Positions 31,682-41,460 of a stretch of DNA of 64,000 nucleotides are shown in pieces. Within the stretch, counting starts at the first letter, position 1, and every line of letters starts with the position of its first letter. Origin of the DNA: a virus; the IMG/VR virus record IMGVR_UViG_3300007640_000027; one strand, 5' to 3'. The notes under the pieces were generated by a model, which saw only the letters and a list, made by a program, of their open reading frames with translations, ran no database searches and was not told where the DNA came from. The position numbers were made by a program, and so were the translations under genes.

Positions 31682-32425
31682 TTATTTTGCTTCTTTTAAT
31701 GATAGACGATCATCCATCAATTCGTTCTGAAAATCAAACAGTTTTTGAATATATCCATTTCTTCTTAAGAACTTAAATACCAAATTTTCATAAGAATATT
31801 CTCCCTCTTGTTTAAGCCCTGAATTTCTATAATCTTTCAATTTTTCTTTTAATTTGTTGATCATTTCGTTGGCCGTTATCAAATCCTCATCTTTGCTATT
31901 TTCAATAATCGCATCAATTTTATCAATCCAAGAATTAACCTTTTGTTCCAAGAATTCTTTATTGATCTTAACATCTTCCATATTTGGTTGTTCAATCCAT
32001 TTGTCATATAAAACCGAATAAACCCCCGTTGATACGTGTGGTTCATTGGTGTCTTGAACATATAACTCCACATCAAAACTCTTTACCTTGATATCGTGAG
32101 TTGAATTAAATAAGGTCTTTTTTAATTTGAATAAATCAGAAAATAAATCTTTCTGTTCTCCCGTTTCTTTAAAGTCAAACATAATGTGCAAATCAATATC
32201 AGAAAAATCTGACCAATTATAATTCGCCAAAGATCCCGTCATTACCACATCCAAAACAAAAATATCATAACCCAAATAATCAACAAACTCGTTTGCGATT
32301 TCTAATAAAATATCTCGTATTGGGGGTCTCATGACATAAGAATCATTATATGTCTTTTCCCAAATTTCTTCATTCAAATCATTTTGAATGTAAAAACTAC
32401 TTAAAATATCATCAAATGTTTTCAT
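31682..32425 (-). CDS. Pol-beta superfamily nucleotidyltransferase
   Basis: GSLANYNWSDFSDIDLH (hGS..DxD) and VELYVQD third acidic residue. Confidence 0.8.
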   Translation of the reverse strand: MKTFDDILSSFYIQNDLNEEIWEKTYNDSYVMRPPIRDILLEIANEFVDYLGYDIFVLDVVMTGSLANYNWSDFSDIDLHIMFDFKETGEQKDLFSDLFKLKKTLFNSTHDIKVKSFDVELYVQDTNEPHVSTGVYSVLYDKWIEQPNMEDVKINKEFLEQKVNSWIDKIDAIIENSKDEDLITANEMINKLKEKLKDYRNSGLKQEGEYSYENLVFKFLRRNGYIQKLFDFQNELMDDRLSLKEAK

Positions 32426-32446
32426 CTACAATAAATAGATTAAAAA

Positions 32447-32695
32447 TTACTTTTCTATTTTTTTGTATTTAAAATTCTTTGCAATTTCTTTTGAGAAAAA
32501 CGAACCCTGAGACTTTGCCATTCTGAATTTTGTGTAAATTGAATGAGGAACCTCTTGGTATTCATAGATCAAACCATTATTAAATGTGGTTGTTAACGTT
32601 TTAGATGATGTATCATAAATCGTTTTTTTTAGATTTGATGACTCAATCTCGTTAATAATTAACTTTCCTTCAATTTTTTCACTTTTAATAGCCAT
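32447..32695 (-). CDS. KTSC-domain protein
   Basis: ESSNL..YD..L...FNNG..YEY..VP...S.GSFF...I. Confidence 0.85.
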   Translation of the reverse strand: MAIKSEKIEGKLIINEIESSNLKKTIYDTSSKTLTTTFNNGLIYEYQEVPHSIYTKFRMAKSQGSFFSKEIAKNFKYKKIEK

Positions 32696-32784
32696 AACTT
32701 ATTTTTTTCTATAAGTATATGATATTTTGAAAAATAAAAAACCCTCCTTTTTGGGAAGGGTTTAAAATCTATTTTACCTTTTAA

Positions 32785-33300
32785 TTATTTATTAGGTGGG
32801 TATTCCACAAAGAAAGACTCTAAATCATCATGTATTTTTTGTGGATTATTAATATCAAATTCAAAATTAATACGACCGTCAGATTTATAACCTTTTTGTT
32901 TCCACCAATCATCTATTTGTTTTTTTAAATCATTATCATCCGAAATTAAAGTAAAATCTTTTCTACCCGAACTAATAGAAAGACCATATCCTACATTAAA
33001 GTTACCTTGAGTTGTACCCCAGTTTAAACTTTGATGTGGTTCACTAGAGTCATCATAACTCATAAAAGTTATAATTTTCGGATTATACAAATCTTTTAAT
33101 TTGTTAAATAAAGTTTTCCATTCAGGACTATTACGGTCCATTTTAGTTTCTTCTTGTTCGAGTAAATAAGGTTTTACATCACCTGACTTTGTCTCAATTA
33201 ATTTTTTAAAATTATCAATGGCTAAATTCATACCACCTTCATGCAATTTGCGAATATTATTTTTTTCTTCTTCGCTAAGGTTATTTAGTAAATGTTTCAT
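32785..33300 (-). CDS. Hypothetical late protein (LSEEEK leader)
   Basis: ORF; TATTTATA upstream; terminator-like hairpin near 32737-32763. Confidence 0.65.
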   Translation of the reverse strand: MKHLLNNLSEEEKNNIRKLHEGGMNLAIDNFKKLIETKSGDVKPYLLEQEETKMDRNSPEWKTLFNKLKDLYNPKIITFMSYDDSSEPHQSLNWGTTQGNFNVGYGLSISSGRKDFTLISDDNDLKKQIDDWWKQKGYKSDGRINFEFDINNPQKIHDDLESFFVEYPPNK

Positions 33301-33334
33301 AGTTCTATTTTTAATATAAATATATGGACAAATA

Positions 33335-33356
33335 AAAAACCCCTCACGTGGAGGGG
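33335..33356 (-). terminator. Intrinsic terminator of UVR-domain gene
   Basis: Minus strand cccctc-cacgt-gagggg followed by Ts. Confidence 0.7.
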
Positions 33357-33364
33357 ATATTAAA

Positions 33365-33814
33365 TTAAGATTTAAGTTCTTTCAGTTGATCTCTAATTTC
33401 AATTGCTCGTTCAAAGTTTTGTTCTGAAATTACTTTTTTAAGTTCTAAATTAAGATTTGAAATTTCTTCTTTATTTTTTTCCAAGTTCTTAATTTGATCT
33501 CTCAATTCTGCTGCTTTTTCAAAATCTTCATTTTCAACAGCAATACGGAGTTGATTTTTGAGGTCCATATTTTCAGGGTTCATCATTTTTTCCTCAAAAC
33601 CACGAGGTGTGAAATAGATTTTAGTTTGAACAAAAGATCCATCATTAGATGTGAATGTCTCTTTTTCCCACTCACCTATTTCCGTTGAATAATTTTTCTT
33701 TTCGGTATTTCCTGTTCTATCTGTTTGTGGATAAAACAAATAATCAGAATTAAAATTGGAGTCTTTAAAAAGATCATTTAAATCATCAATCCAAGTTTTT
33801 CTTCTTCTAAACAT
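33365..33814 (-). CDS. Tandem UVR (UvrB/UvrC coiled-coil) domain protein, candidate Clp adaptor
   Basis: LRIAVENEDFEKAAELRDQI and LKKVISEQNFERAIEIRDQL. Confidence 0.8.
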   Translation of the reverse strand: MFRRRKTWIDDLNDLFKDSNFNSDYLFYPQTDRTGNTEKKNYSTEIGEWEKETFTSNDGSFVQTKIYFTPRGFEEKMMNPENMDLKNQLRIAVENEDFEKAAELRDQIKNLEKNKEEISNLNLELKKVISEQNFERAIEIRDQLKELKS

Positions 33815-33862
33815 AATTTTTTTTGGTTTTAAAAGTTTTATTTATATCTTTGTCCCTCACTA

Positions 33863-33967
33863 TGTAAATATCATGCCATCAAAATAAAAAAAGATAAGAT
33901 CTGACGTTTTGTAAGTAAAAATGTCAAAATGACAGTAAAAAAATAAATTACACTGACATTTTGTCTA
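33863..33967 (-). promoter_or_regulatory. Putative sigma54-like -24/-12 promoter plus three TGWCA-N3-TGWCA-like boxes
   Basis: Minus strand TGGCATGATATTTACA (33863-33878); boxes at 33901-33915, 33921-33935, 33953-33967. Confidence 0.45.
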
Positions 33968-34029
33968 AAAGTTGATAACTACATAGTTTTTGTTATATTT
34001 GTTTCGTATAAACTTAAAATTGAAATAGA

Positions 34030-36036
34030 ATGATTGAAGAAATTGATCCAAATCAAAAAAGTGCAAGTTCATCCAAAGACACCTCAGGTTCATCAACTCC
34101 CGTGTTGGATAACTTTTCTCGTGACCTGATCAAATTGGCACAAGAAGGAAAACTTGATCCAGTAATCGGAAGAGAACGTGAAATCAATCGGATTGCGCAA
34201 ATACTCTCACGTCGCAAGAAAAATAACCCCATCATCATCGGAGAACCTGGTGCAGGAAAGACTGCGATTGTGGAAGGACTGGCAATGAAGATATATAATG
34301 GTGATTGTCCGCAAAACTTATGTGATAAGAAAATCGTATCATTGGATATGACTTCAATCGTTGCGGGAACCAAATATCGTGGTCAGTTTGAAGAACGTAT
34401 CAAAGTCATTTTGGAAGAACTTGAAAATAACACAGATATTATTGTGTTTATTGACGAGATTCACACAATGATCGGTGCTGGTAATTCAAGTGGTTCATTG
34501 GATGCGTCCAATATCTTTAAACCCGCTCTTGCTCGTGGAGAACTCCAATGTATCGGAGCAACCACATTGGACGAATACCGTGAGAATATTGAAAAAGACG
34601 GAGCATTGGATCGTCGTTTCCAAAAAGTGATCGTTGATGGTGCAACACCTGAAGAGACAATGGAAATTCTTACAAATCTTAAGGAACGTTATGAAAAACA
34701 CCACAAAGTTTCTTATTCACCTGAATCACTAAAAGCATGTGTATCTCTTGCGGGTCGTTACATCACCGATCGTGAATTCCCTGATAAAGCAATTGATATT
34801 ATGGATGAGGTTGGTGCTCGTTGTCAAATCAATGTGAAGTTACCTGAGATTATTGAAGAACTTAAAGAAAAGGCGGCAGAAATTCGGGAAGAAAAAATCC
34901 AAGTGGTTAAGTCTCAACGATATGAACAAGCAGCACAATTACGAGACAAGGAAAAGAAAATCCTGAAACAACTGGAAGATGAGAAACGCAAGTTTGAAGA
35001 ATCAAAAGACACCGAACGTCATCCTGTGACCGAAGAAATGGTATATGAAGTCGTATCGGTAATGACCAAAATACCTATTTCCAAATTAACCACCGATGAC
35101 AAACAAAGTCTTTTGGATTTGGAATCAAACCTCAATATGAGTGTTATTGGTCAGGAAGATGCGGTCTCCAAAATATCAAAATCAATTCGGAGAAACCGAG
35201 TTGGAATTAAAGACCCAAATCGTCCAATCGGTTCCTTTATCTTCTTGGGTTCAACAGGTATTGGTAAAACTCACTTGGCAAAACAGTTGGCAAAAGAAAT
35301 ATTCGGAGATGAAGATGCATTAATCCGTGTGGATATGTCTGAATATCAAGAAAAACATTCAATGTCCCGATTGATTGGTTCTCCTCCTGGATATGTGGGT
35401 TATGATCAAGGAGGTCAATTGACGGAATCAGTTAAAAACAAACCTTATTCGGTGGTATTATTTGATGAGGTGGAAAAAGCAAACAAGGATATTTTCTCTT
35501 TGTTATTGCAAACAATGGATGATGGATTCTTAACTGATAGCTTTGGTCGGAGAATTAATTTCCGTAACACTTTGATCATTATGACCTCAAATTTGGGTGT
35601 TAAAAAACTTCAAGATTTTGGAACGGGAGTTGGTTTTGCAACCGAAAAACGAGTGTCAAATAATGAAGAAATGAAAAAAGTCCTTCTTCAAAAGGAATTG
35701 AAAAACCATTTCACACCTGAATTTTTGAACCGTGTTGATGAGGTGATTGTGTTTAACCCTCTTAAAGAAGATGAAGTTAAAAAAATCACACAGATTGAAA
35801 TTAACAAATTACTTCAACGTATTGAGGACCTGAATTACAAGATCACAATTTCTGAAGAAGTGGTTACTTATATTTCAGAAGTGGGATTTGATGAGAAATA
35901 TGGTGCACGTCCAATCAAACGAGCAATTCAAGAAAAACTTGAGGACCTAATCTCTGAAAGTATATTGCGTGGAGAAATCAAAGAAGAAACACCGTATAAT
36001 ATGATTTTACAAGATGATGAGATCAAAATACAGTAA
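34030..36036 (+). CDS. clpC: ClpC-type AAA+ ATPase lacking the N-terminal repeat domain
   Basis: [17 protein letters not shown] middle domain (YEQAAQLRD), [11 protein letters not shown] ClpP-docking loop, GARPIKR. Confidence 0.9.
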   Translation: MIEEIDPNQKSASSSKDTSGSSTPVLDNFSRDLIKLAQEGKLDPVIGREREINRIAQILSRRKKNNPIIIGEPGAGKTAIVEGLAMKIYNGDCPQNLCDKKIVSLDMTSIVAGTKYRGQFEERIKVILEELENNTDIIVFIDEIHTMIGAGNSSGSLDASNIFKPALARGELQCIGATTLDEYRENIEKDGALDRRFQKVIVDGATPEETMEILTNLKERYEKHHKVSYSPESLKACVSLAGRYITDREFPDKAIDIMDEVGARCQINVKLPEIIEELKEKAAEIREEKIQVVKSQRYEQAAQLRDKEKKILKQLEDEKRKFEESKDTERHPVTEEMVYEVVSVMTKIPISKLTTDDKQSLLDLESNLNMSVIGQEDAVSKISKSIRRNRVGIKDPNRPIGSFIFLGSTGIGKTHLAKQLAKEIFGDEDALIRVDMSEYQEKHSMSRLIGSPPGYVGYDQGGQLTESVKNKPYSVVLFDEVEKANKDIFSLLLQTMDDGFLTDSFGRRINFRNTLIIMTSNLGVKKLQDFGTGVGFATEKRVSNNEEMKKVLLQKELKNHFTPEFLNRVDEVIVFNPLKEDEVKKITQIEINKLLQRIEDLNYKITISEEVVTYISEVGFDEKYGARPIKRAIQEKLEDLISESILRGEIKEETPYNMILQDDEIKIQ

Positions 36037-36053
36037 TTTCTAACTTAATATTA

Positions 36054-36083
36054 AAAAAGACCCATTTATTGGGTCTTTTTTTT
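36054..36083 (+). terminator. Intrinsic terminator after clpC
   Basis: aaaaagaccca-tttat-tgggtcttttttttt. Confidence 0.8.
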
Positions 36084-36125
36084 TGATTATATGAATATTT
36101 TTATTACTTTTGAAAAAAATATAAC

Positions 36126-37154
36126 ATGAACGCAACCCAACTACAGGATTTTAAAGATCTTCTTTCCGTACCTTCAAAAACTTATAAAGAAGAAGGAATG
36201 GTCAAATATATTACCTCTGTATTAGATAATATTGAAGGTGTTAGTTATTATTTGGATCATAAGATGAATGTCTATGCAACCAAAGGGAAATTACCCGAAG
36301 GTAAATATTATCCAATGTTTATTGCACACACCGATACCGTACACGAACTGCAAGATAAAATCGTAGTTAAAGAAGAATACCTTAGAAAACCAAATACATT
36401 TGGCAAATCATATGATGATACGGAATATTTGTCACTTAAAGGATATCTTGAAGATGGAACACCCACCGGAATTGGTGGTGATGATAAAGTTGGTATTTTC
36501 ATTGCAATTGAACTACTCAAAACCTTAAACTACTGTAAAGTTGGTTTGTTTGTTTCAGAAGAGACCGGATGTATCGGATCAAGTCAGTGTGATTTGAGTT
36601 TTTTAGAGGATGTAGGATACGCAATTCAATTTGACTGTCCAGGTGATCACCTAATTACCGAGTATTGCTCGGGAGTTCAATTATACCAAAAAAATGGTGA
36701 GTTCATCAATAAAATCCTTCCCATCTTCTCCAAAGCAATGGGATGTGATATTGATCAGCAATCACATCCATATACCGATGTCTCACAAATCAAATTAAAA
36801 GGTGATTTTTCTTGTATCAATTTTTCTTGTGGATATTACAATATGCACACCAGCAAAGAATTTGTTGTGGTACAGGATGTTGAAAACGCATTCAATTCAG
36901 CACTTAATATGGTTAATGAACTCGGATTTGAACTATACGAATTTTTAGGTCCGAATGACACATATGAAAACGATTATGATGATGATGACCTATATACTTT
37001 TAATTCAACTATATGGGATAATATTGAAATGGAGTATACTAATGATGAGTTCACCATTGAAGATCACCGAACCGATAATTTTATAAGTTTAGATTACGAA
37101 CAAACTGTTGAACTTTATTTGTTCTTAAAAGAACAACTTAATGACAAATATTAA
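36126..37154 (+). CDS. M20/M28-family zinc peptidase
   Basis: AHTDTVH, GGDDKVG, EETG, YYNMHT. Confidence 0.85.
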   Translation: MNATQLQDFKDLLSVPSKTYKEEGMVKYITSVLDNIEGVSYYLDHKMNVYATKGKLPEGKYYPMFIAHTDTVHELQDKIVVKEEYLRKPNTFGKSYDDTEYLSLKGYLEDGTPTGIGGDDKVGIFIAIELLKTLNYCKVGLFVSEETGCIGSSQCDLSFLEDVGYAIQFDCPGDHLITEYCSGVQLYQKNGEFINKILPIFSKAMGCDIDQQSHPYTDVSQIKLKGDFSCINFSCGYYNMHTSKEFVVVQDVENAFNSALNMVNELGFELYEFLGPNDTYENDYDDDDLYTFNSTIWDNIEMEYTNDEFTIEDHRTDNFISLDYEQTVELYLFLKEQLNDKY

Positions 37155-39106
37155 AAAATATCCAAAATATCAAACATAGAATAATTGTTCAATAGACTTT
37201 CAAATGTTGATAATTTAGATTTTACGGTTTTACTTTGATCAGTATCTTTATTCATTATTTCAAATTGTAACCCATTAGTTTTAGGATCCACATTTTTAAT
37301 AATTAATTGAATATCTTGATCTATATTCTTTATTTTAATCGGCTTATTAAATCCATATTTACTTTTAACATATTCACTAATTTCTTTGTACTTATCATAA
37401 TCTTCAAAAGAATCCGATTCCCACAAATCTGACATAAATTTTTCAAAAATAATTTCTAATTCTTCAGATAATCGTTCATTTAATTTATCATAATCTATAT
37501 TACCCAAATGATCATAAACAAGATCTTCAACAAAACCTACATTTATGTTTTGACTATCAATACTGTATCTTATTATATCATCAATTAAATAATCATCAGG
37601 ATTTTCAAAATTAAAATAGTCATATAACGCAATTAAATCTTCAATTGATATATAATATCTAAAAAAACAATAATCATTATCATCTTTATAAAGTTTAAAT
37701 CCTAAAACATCTAAGACATTACAGTATGTTTCATAAATATTTTTTATCACACCTTCAATTGCCAATTCGCTTTGAATTTCCGTGAAACTATCTCTAATTG
37801 AGTCAATTAATGTGGGAAATTCATCCACAAGAAACTCTTGTGTTTGAGTTCTACATCTTTCCGTATTGTTAAATTCAATAGGATAAACGTCAGATTTTTT
37901 TAAACCTTTTTTTCCTTTCAAACTTTTTAATTTTTCCATATCAATTTTCTTAGAATAAGGAAAACAATCTGTAAGTTCGTTATTAAAAATTCTGAAAAGT
38001 TCTTTCATATCTTTTAAAAAACTTTCAGGTAAAATATAGTTTATAAAACTATTTTCTTCCAATGCAGAATCAAATTCACTGGATGTTTGATCATAATAGA
38101 AATTAGGGTCATTCAAAACTACACTTAATAAATCTATTTCATATTCATTCATAACTTCACTGAACCAACTGAAATAATCGGATTCGTTTGGAAAAGTAAA
38201 ATAAACGTTTCCATCTTTATAGTAATCAAAATATTCAGAACTTAATGGTTGCTTAAGAGCCGATGCTCCACCTTCAATCGCTTGTTTTAATATTCCATAA
38301 TCACTTTTTGATTTTATAATTTTTTTAATTAACTCTTCAATCGGACTAAACCTATCCAATAAAAATTGCAAACTACGCACATTGTCCTGTTGATCCCATA
38401 CCGATACGGACCCATCCCATTCTACAAGAAGAGCCATTTTACCTAAGGTAGCATTACCCACCGCACTTTTATCAATTATATAAATTAACCTACCTTCATT
38501 AGTGTATCTATTGAAGTCCCTCTCAGTACCGGTCGTACACCATTTGGTGTTTGCACCATAAAAACAAGATGCCTTATAATTGAAAGGCTCAACAATCAAA
38601 AATCTATCATCTTCATAGATTTTATTCACATTCTTTTTGGCTTCTTCCTCTTCCTTTTTAATTCTTTTACGAATATCAACAGAGTTATTCATTACCTGCA
38701 CCGTCCATATTGTCGGATATGAATTGATATCCTTTGGAGACCTTTTCAGTTGATTTGCTTTAGATTCAGAATCAAAATATTTTATTCCACGAGCCTCAGC
38801 TTCGTTAATTTTCTTAAAGAAAAACTCAACATCGTTTTCAGAAATAGAATTTGAATATTCGTGGAATTTTTTGATTTCATCACCCATAAAATTCATTAAA
38901 TCCACCAAACTTCTACCATCATAATCAGAATTCCATAGACGGACAAGTTCTTTAATCATCCATTCAGAATACTTTTTGGTTGCAGAAGGGTCCTGATCAA
39001 TAAAATCTCCCAATAAACTTTCAAAGTCTTCAAAATTAATACTATCTTTGTATCTATCAATAAGGGTCTCTTTCTTCCCTTCCAATAAAATATTCAATAA
39101 GGACAT
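37151..39106 (-). CDS. Hypothetical late protein with ASC.YG..TKWC domain
   Basis: 651 aa; ILLEG leader; TATTTATA upstream. Confidence 0.7.
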   Translation of the reverse strand: MSLLNILLEGKKETLIDRYKDSINFEDFESLLGDFIDQDPSATKKYSEWMIKELVRLWNSDYDGRSLVDLMNFMGDEIKKFHEYSNSISENDVEFFFKKINEAEARGIKYFDSESKANQLKRSPKDINSYPTIWTVQVMNNSVDIRKRIKKEEEEAKKNVNKIYEDDRFLIVEPFNYKASCFYGANTKWCTTGTERDFNRYTNEGRLIYIIDKSAVGNATLGKMALLVEWDGSVSVWDQQDNVRSLQFLLDRFSPIEELIKKIIKSKSDYGILKQAIEGGASALKQPLSSEYFDYYKDGNVYFTFPNESDYFSWFSEVMNEYEIDLLSVVLNDPNFYYDQTSSEFDSALEENSFINYILPESFLKDMKELFRIFNNELTDCFPYSKKIDMEKLKSLKGKKGLKKSDVYPIEFNNTERCRTQTQEFLVDEFPTLIDSIRDSFTEIQSELAIEGVIKNIYETYCNVLDVLGFKLYKDDNDYCFFRYYISIEDLIALYDYFNFENPDDYLIDDIIRYSIDSQNINVGFVEDLVYDHLGNIDYDKLNERLSEELEIIFEKFMSDLWESDSFEDYDKYKEISEYVKSKYGFNKPIKIKNIDQDIQLIIKNVDPKTNGLQFEIMNKDTDQSKTVKSKLSTFESLLNNYSMFDILDIF

Positions 39107-39184
39107 AAATACTTTTTTAATATAAATACTTGATTATTTGGATAATTTAATTTTAATACTTACATTTGTTAAAAATAATAAATC

Positions 39185-39700
39185 ATGAAAAATATACTCC
39201 TTACAATTCTGGCCGGTCTATTCACCACACTGACCTCATTTTCACAAATTACAATTGATATAGATGCCGATAGCATGTATGTATTCCATCACAATGATTG
39301 GTATAGTGAAGCAATGGCAATTGATAGTGCTTTGTTTTTATCTGAGATGTTGAATGCCAATTGGGATAAAGATCCCGAAGAGTGTACGTGTCTTGTACCA
39401 ATTGATATCAAAAGAAATCTTGATTATCATATTAAGATAAAATGGGATCCTGAATCTCGTACGGGTGAGATCTTTCAGGGTGGTGATTACTTTTTAATTA
39501 ATAGGTTTCACGAGGCAACCGACATAGATGGAAACACTTCATATTGGATCATGTATCAATATTCCGTGGCAGGAGCAATGGCTCCCCACCTAATTATAGT
39601 CTATCTGGGTGTATATATGGATTTGGGAGTTCGGTACTCAGAGGAATCGGGAGGACTAACTCACGTGGTAAGGACGATTAAATATAAAAATATAGATTAA
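39185..39700 (+). CDS. Secreted hypothetical protein
   Basis: Signal peptide MKNILLTILAGLFTTLTSFS-Q; TACATTTG upstream. Confidence 0.65.
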   Translation: MKNILLTILAGLFTTLTSFSQITIDIDADSMYVFHHNDWYSEAMAIDSALFLSEMLNANWDKDPEECTCLVPIDIKRNLDYHIKIKWDPESRTGEIFQGGDYFLINRFHEATDIDGNTSYWIMYQYSVAGAMAPHLIIVYLGVYMDLGVRYSEESGGLTHVVRTIKYKNID

Positions 39701-40236
39701 GAATCACACAAAGTATCTTGATCAATACCTACATTTGATAACTGTTTATTAAAAACATCCACAAAAACCGCAGGATAATTACTATATAAGTTATTCATTT
39801 CTTTGTTTTGTTTTGCTATAGATTCTAAAAATCTATTTAAACCATTTTTACAAATAATTTCCAAAGGTGTGTTCGCCGCAGAAATCATATCATCTGTAAT
39901 CATTGACCAAACTTTAAAGGACATTTCCTCATTACCTGGTTCACCAAGATGAGGTGAATACACTCCTCTGCTAGAAGGATTAACAGATAACCCTATGGTT
40001 TTCATATCATTTATATCAAAACCTTCTAATATATTAATAAATTTAAAAATATCTTCAGAATTTTTTGTCTTATCTTTTAGTATAGAACCTGGAACATAAT
40101 TATTTGGTATGGTCGTTGATAAATATTTATTAATTGCTGTTCTATCAAAAGAACCTATATTAGATTGCTCTCTAATAACCCTTTCTATAATACCCTTTAA
40201 ATCTGATTCTGTTAGTTTGACAACTTTTTTTCCCAT
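39697..40236 (-). CDS. Hypothetical late protein (KLTESDL leader)
   Basis: ORF; TATTTATA upstream. Confidence 0.65.
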   Translation of the reverse strand: MGKKVVKLTESDLKGIIERVIREQSNIGSFDRTAINKYLSTTIPNNYVPGSILKDKTKNSEDIFKFINILEGFDINDMKTIGLSVNPSSRGVYSPHLGEPGNEEMSFKVWSMITDDMISAANTPLEIICKNGLNRFLESIAKQNKEMNNLYSNYPAVFVDVFNKQLSNVGIDQDTLCDS

Positions 40237-40319
40237 AACAATAATATTTTCTTATAAATAGCTTGTTAGAATAAAAAAAGTATTTATATTTGTAGAAGAA
40301 ATTAGTTCTTTGAAAATAT

Positions 40320-40708
40320 GGGGGTGAATTGGTATCGATTGACGTAATTTTCCATACGGGGCACGCAGTGAGATGTTTCCTATCACTTTAATCTACGGAT
40401 ACGACTTTTTACATGGCGAAACAATCGCAGATCTTCAGGCAGTTGGTCTTATCCGCGCTGAAGAAGTAGCTGTAGCGTAAGACGTTCACAGTGAAGTGGG
40501 TCGGTGGACATATAACCTAGAAACAGAAGTCTTTATATAGGTGGAAAAACGACTGAACCTAAAATCGGGTCGTCCATTGGTTGTTAGGTTTACGATGGTG
40601 AAGAACAAACCGACTATTTCGGAGGGTAAGAGAAACCCTGACCTAAGCGTGTAGTCCTTTATGGACGGTGCGGGCAAGACGGCGGTTCGACTCCGCCCAC
40701 TTCCACCA
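40320..40708 (+). ncRNA. ssrA: tmRNA
   Basis: 5' GGGGGTG pairs with CACTTCC-ACCA including G3.U70; T-arm GGCGG-TTCGACT-CCGCC; tag ORF 40415-40480 GETIADLQAVGLIRAEEVAVA*. Confidence 0.92.
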
Positions 40709-40710
40709 AT

Positions 40711-40734
40711 AACCCCTCCACGTGAGGGGTTTTT
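40711..40734 (+). terminator. Intrinsic terminator after tmRNA
   Basis: aacccctc-cacgt-gaggggttttt. Confidence 0.8.
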
Positions 40735-40801
40735 CAATATAATATAGATATAATCTATTTCACTTTTACCTTTATTGGACTATTTTATAATAAAAAACAT
40801 T

Positions 40802-41116
40802 ATGGAAGATTTAACACAAGATAACTTAGGTGAGGTATTATCCTCAAACAAAAAAGTAATGGTTCAATACGGAGCATCGTGGTGTGGTAATTGCAAATTA
40901 ACCAAACCAAAGTTTAAAAGATTATCCACCGAAAATGAAGACATCAAATTTATTTACGTGGACGCAGAAAAATTACCTGGTACTCGTCAGTTTGCTGAGG
41001 TTACAAACTTACCAACATTCGCAGGATTCGTGGATGGAAAATTAGTAAAACAGTCTCAAGGGAATAAAATTGAAGTCATACAAGAAGTTTTAAATGAAGT
41101 TATTGAATTAAATTAA
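40802..41116 (+). CDS. Thioredoxin
   Basis: ASWCGNC active site; cis-Pro LPTF. Confidence 0.9.
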   Translation: MEDLTQDNLGEVLSSNKKVMVQYGASWCGNCKLTKPKFKRLSTENEDIKFIYVDAEKLPGTRQFAEVTNLPTFAGFVDGKLVKQSQGNKIEVIQEVLNEVIELN

Positions 41117-41184
41117 CTTTTTAACTTGACCCTTTAATTTTTTTTCAATATTATAGTTGTGATTAATATAAAACACAATAAAAA

Positions 41185-41343
41185 ATGAAAAAAGTAATTT
41201 TCTCCCTTATGTCAGTTGCGATGTTAGCATCATGCACAACTGAAACAACTGAAGTTGAAACTGTTGAAGTTGATACCGTACAAGTTGAGGTTACACCTGT
41301 GGATTCTACCACAGTGGAGGCCGACACTACAGTATCCGAATAA
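41185..41343 (+). CDS. Small acidic lipoprotein (52 aa; not in ORF track)
   Basis: MKKVIFSLMSVAMLAS-C lipobox followed by T/E/V/D-rich tail; own terminator. Confidence 0.75.
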   Translation: MKKVIFSLMSVAMLASCTTETTEVETVEVDTVQVEVTPVDSTTVEADTTVSE

Positions 41344-41360
41344 ACTACGGATCAGTTTAT

Positions 41361-41393
41361 AAAAAAAGGTCAGAATTATCTGACCTTTTTTTT
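41361..41393 (+). terminator. Intrinsic terminator
   Basis: aaaaaaaggtcaga-atta-tctgaccttttttttt. Confidence 0.8.
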
Positions 41394-41460
41394 GTTTAAG
41401 TCATATTTTAACTTATCTTTGTATGGTAATCATCAGTAAGGAATTAAAAACATCATCATC

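Noticed and set aside
40486-40737. 83-aa minus-strand ORF
   Set aside because: Antisense shadow of the tmRNA 3' half.
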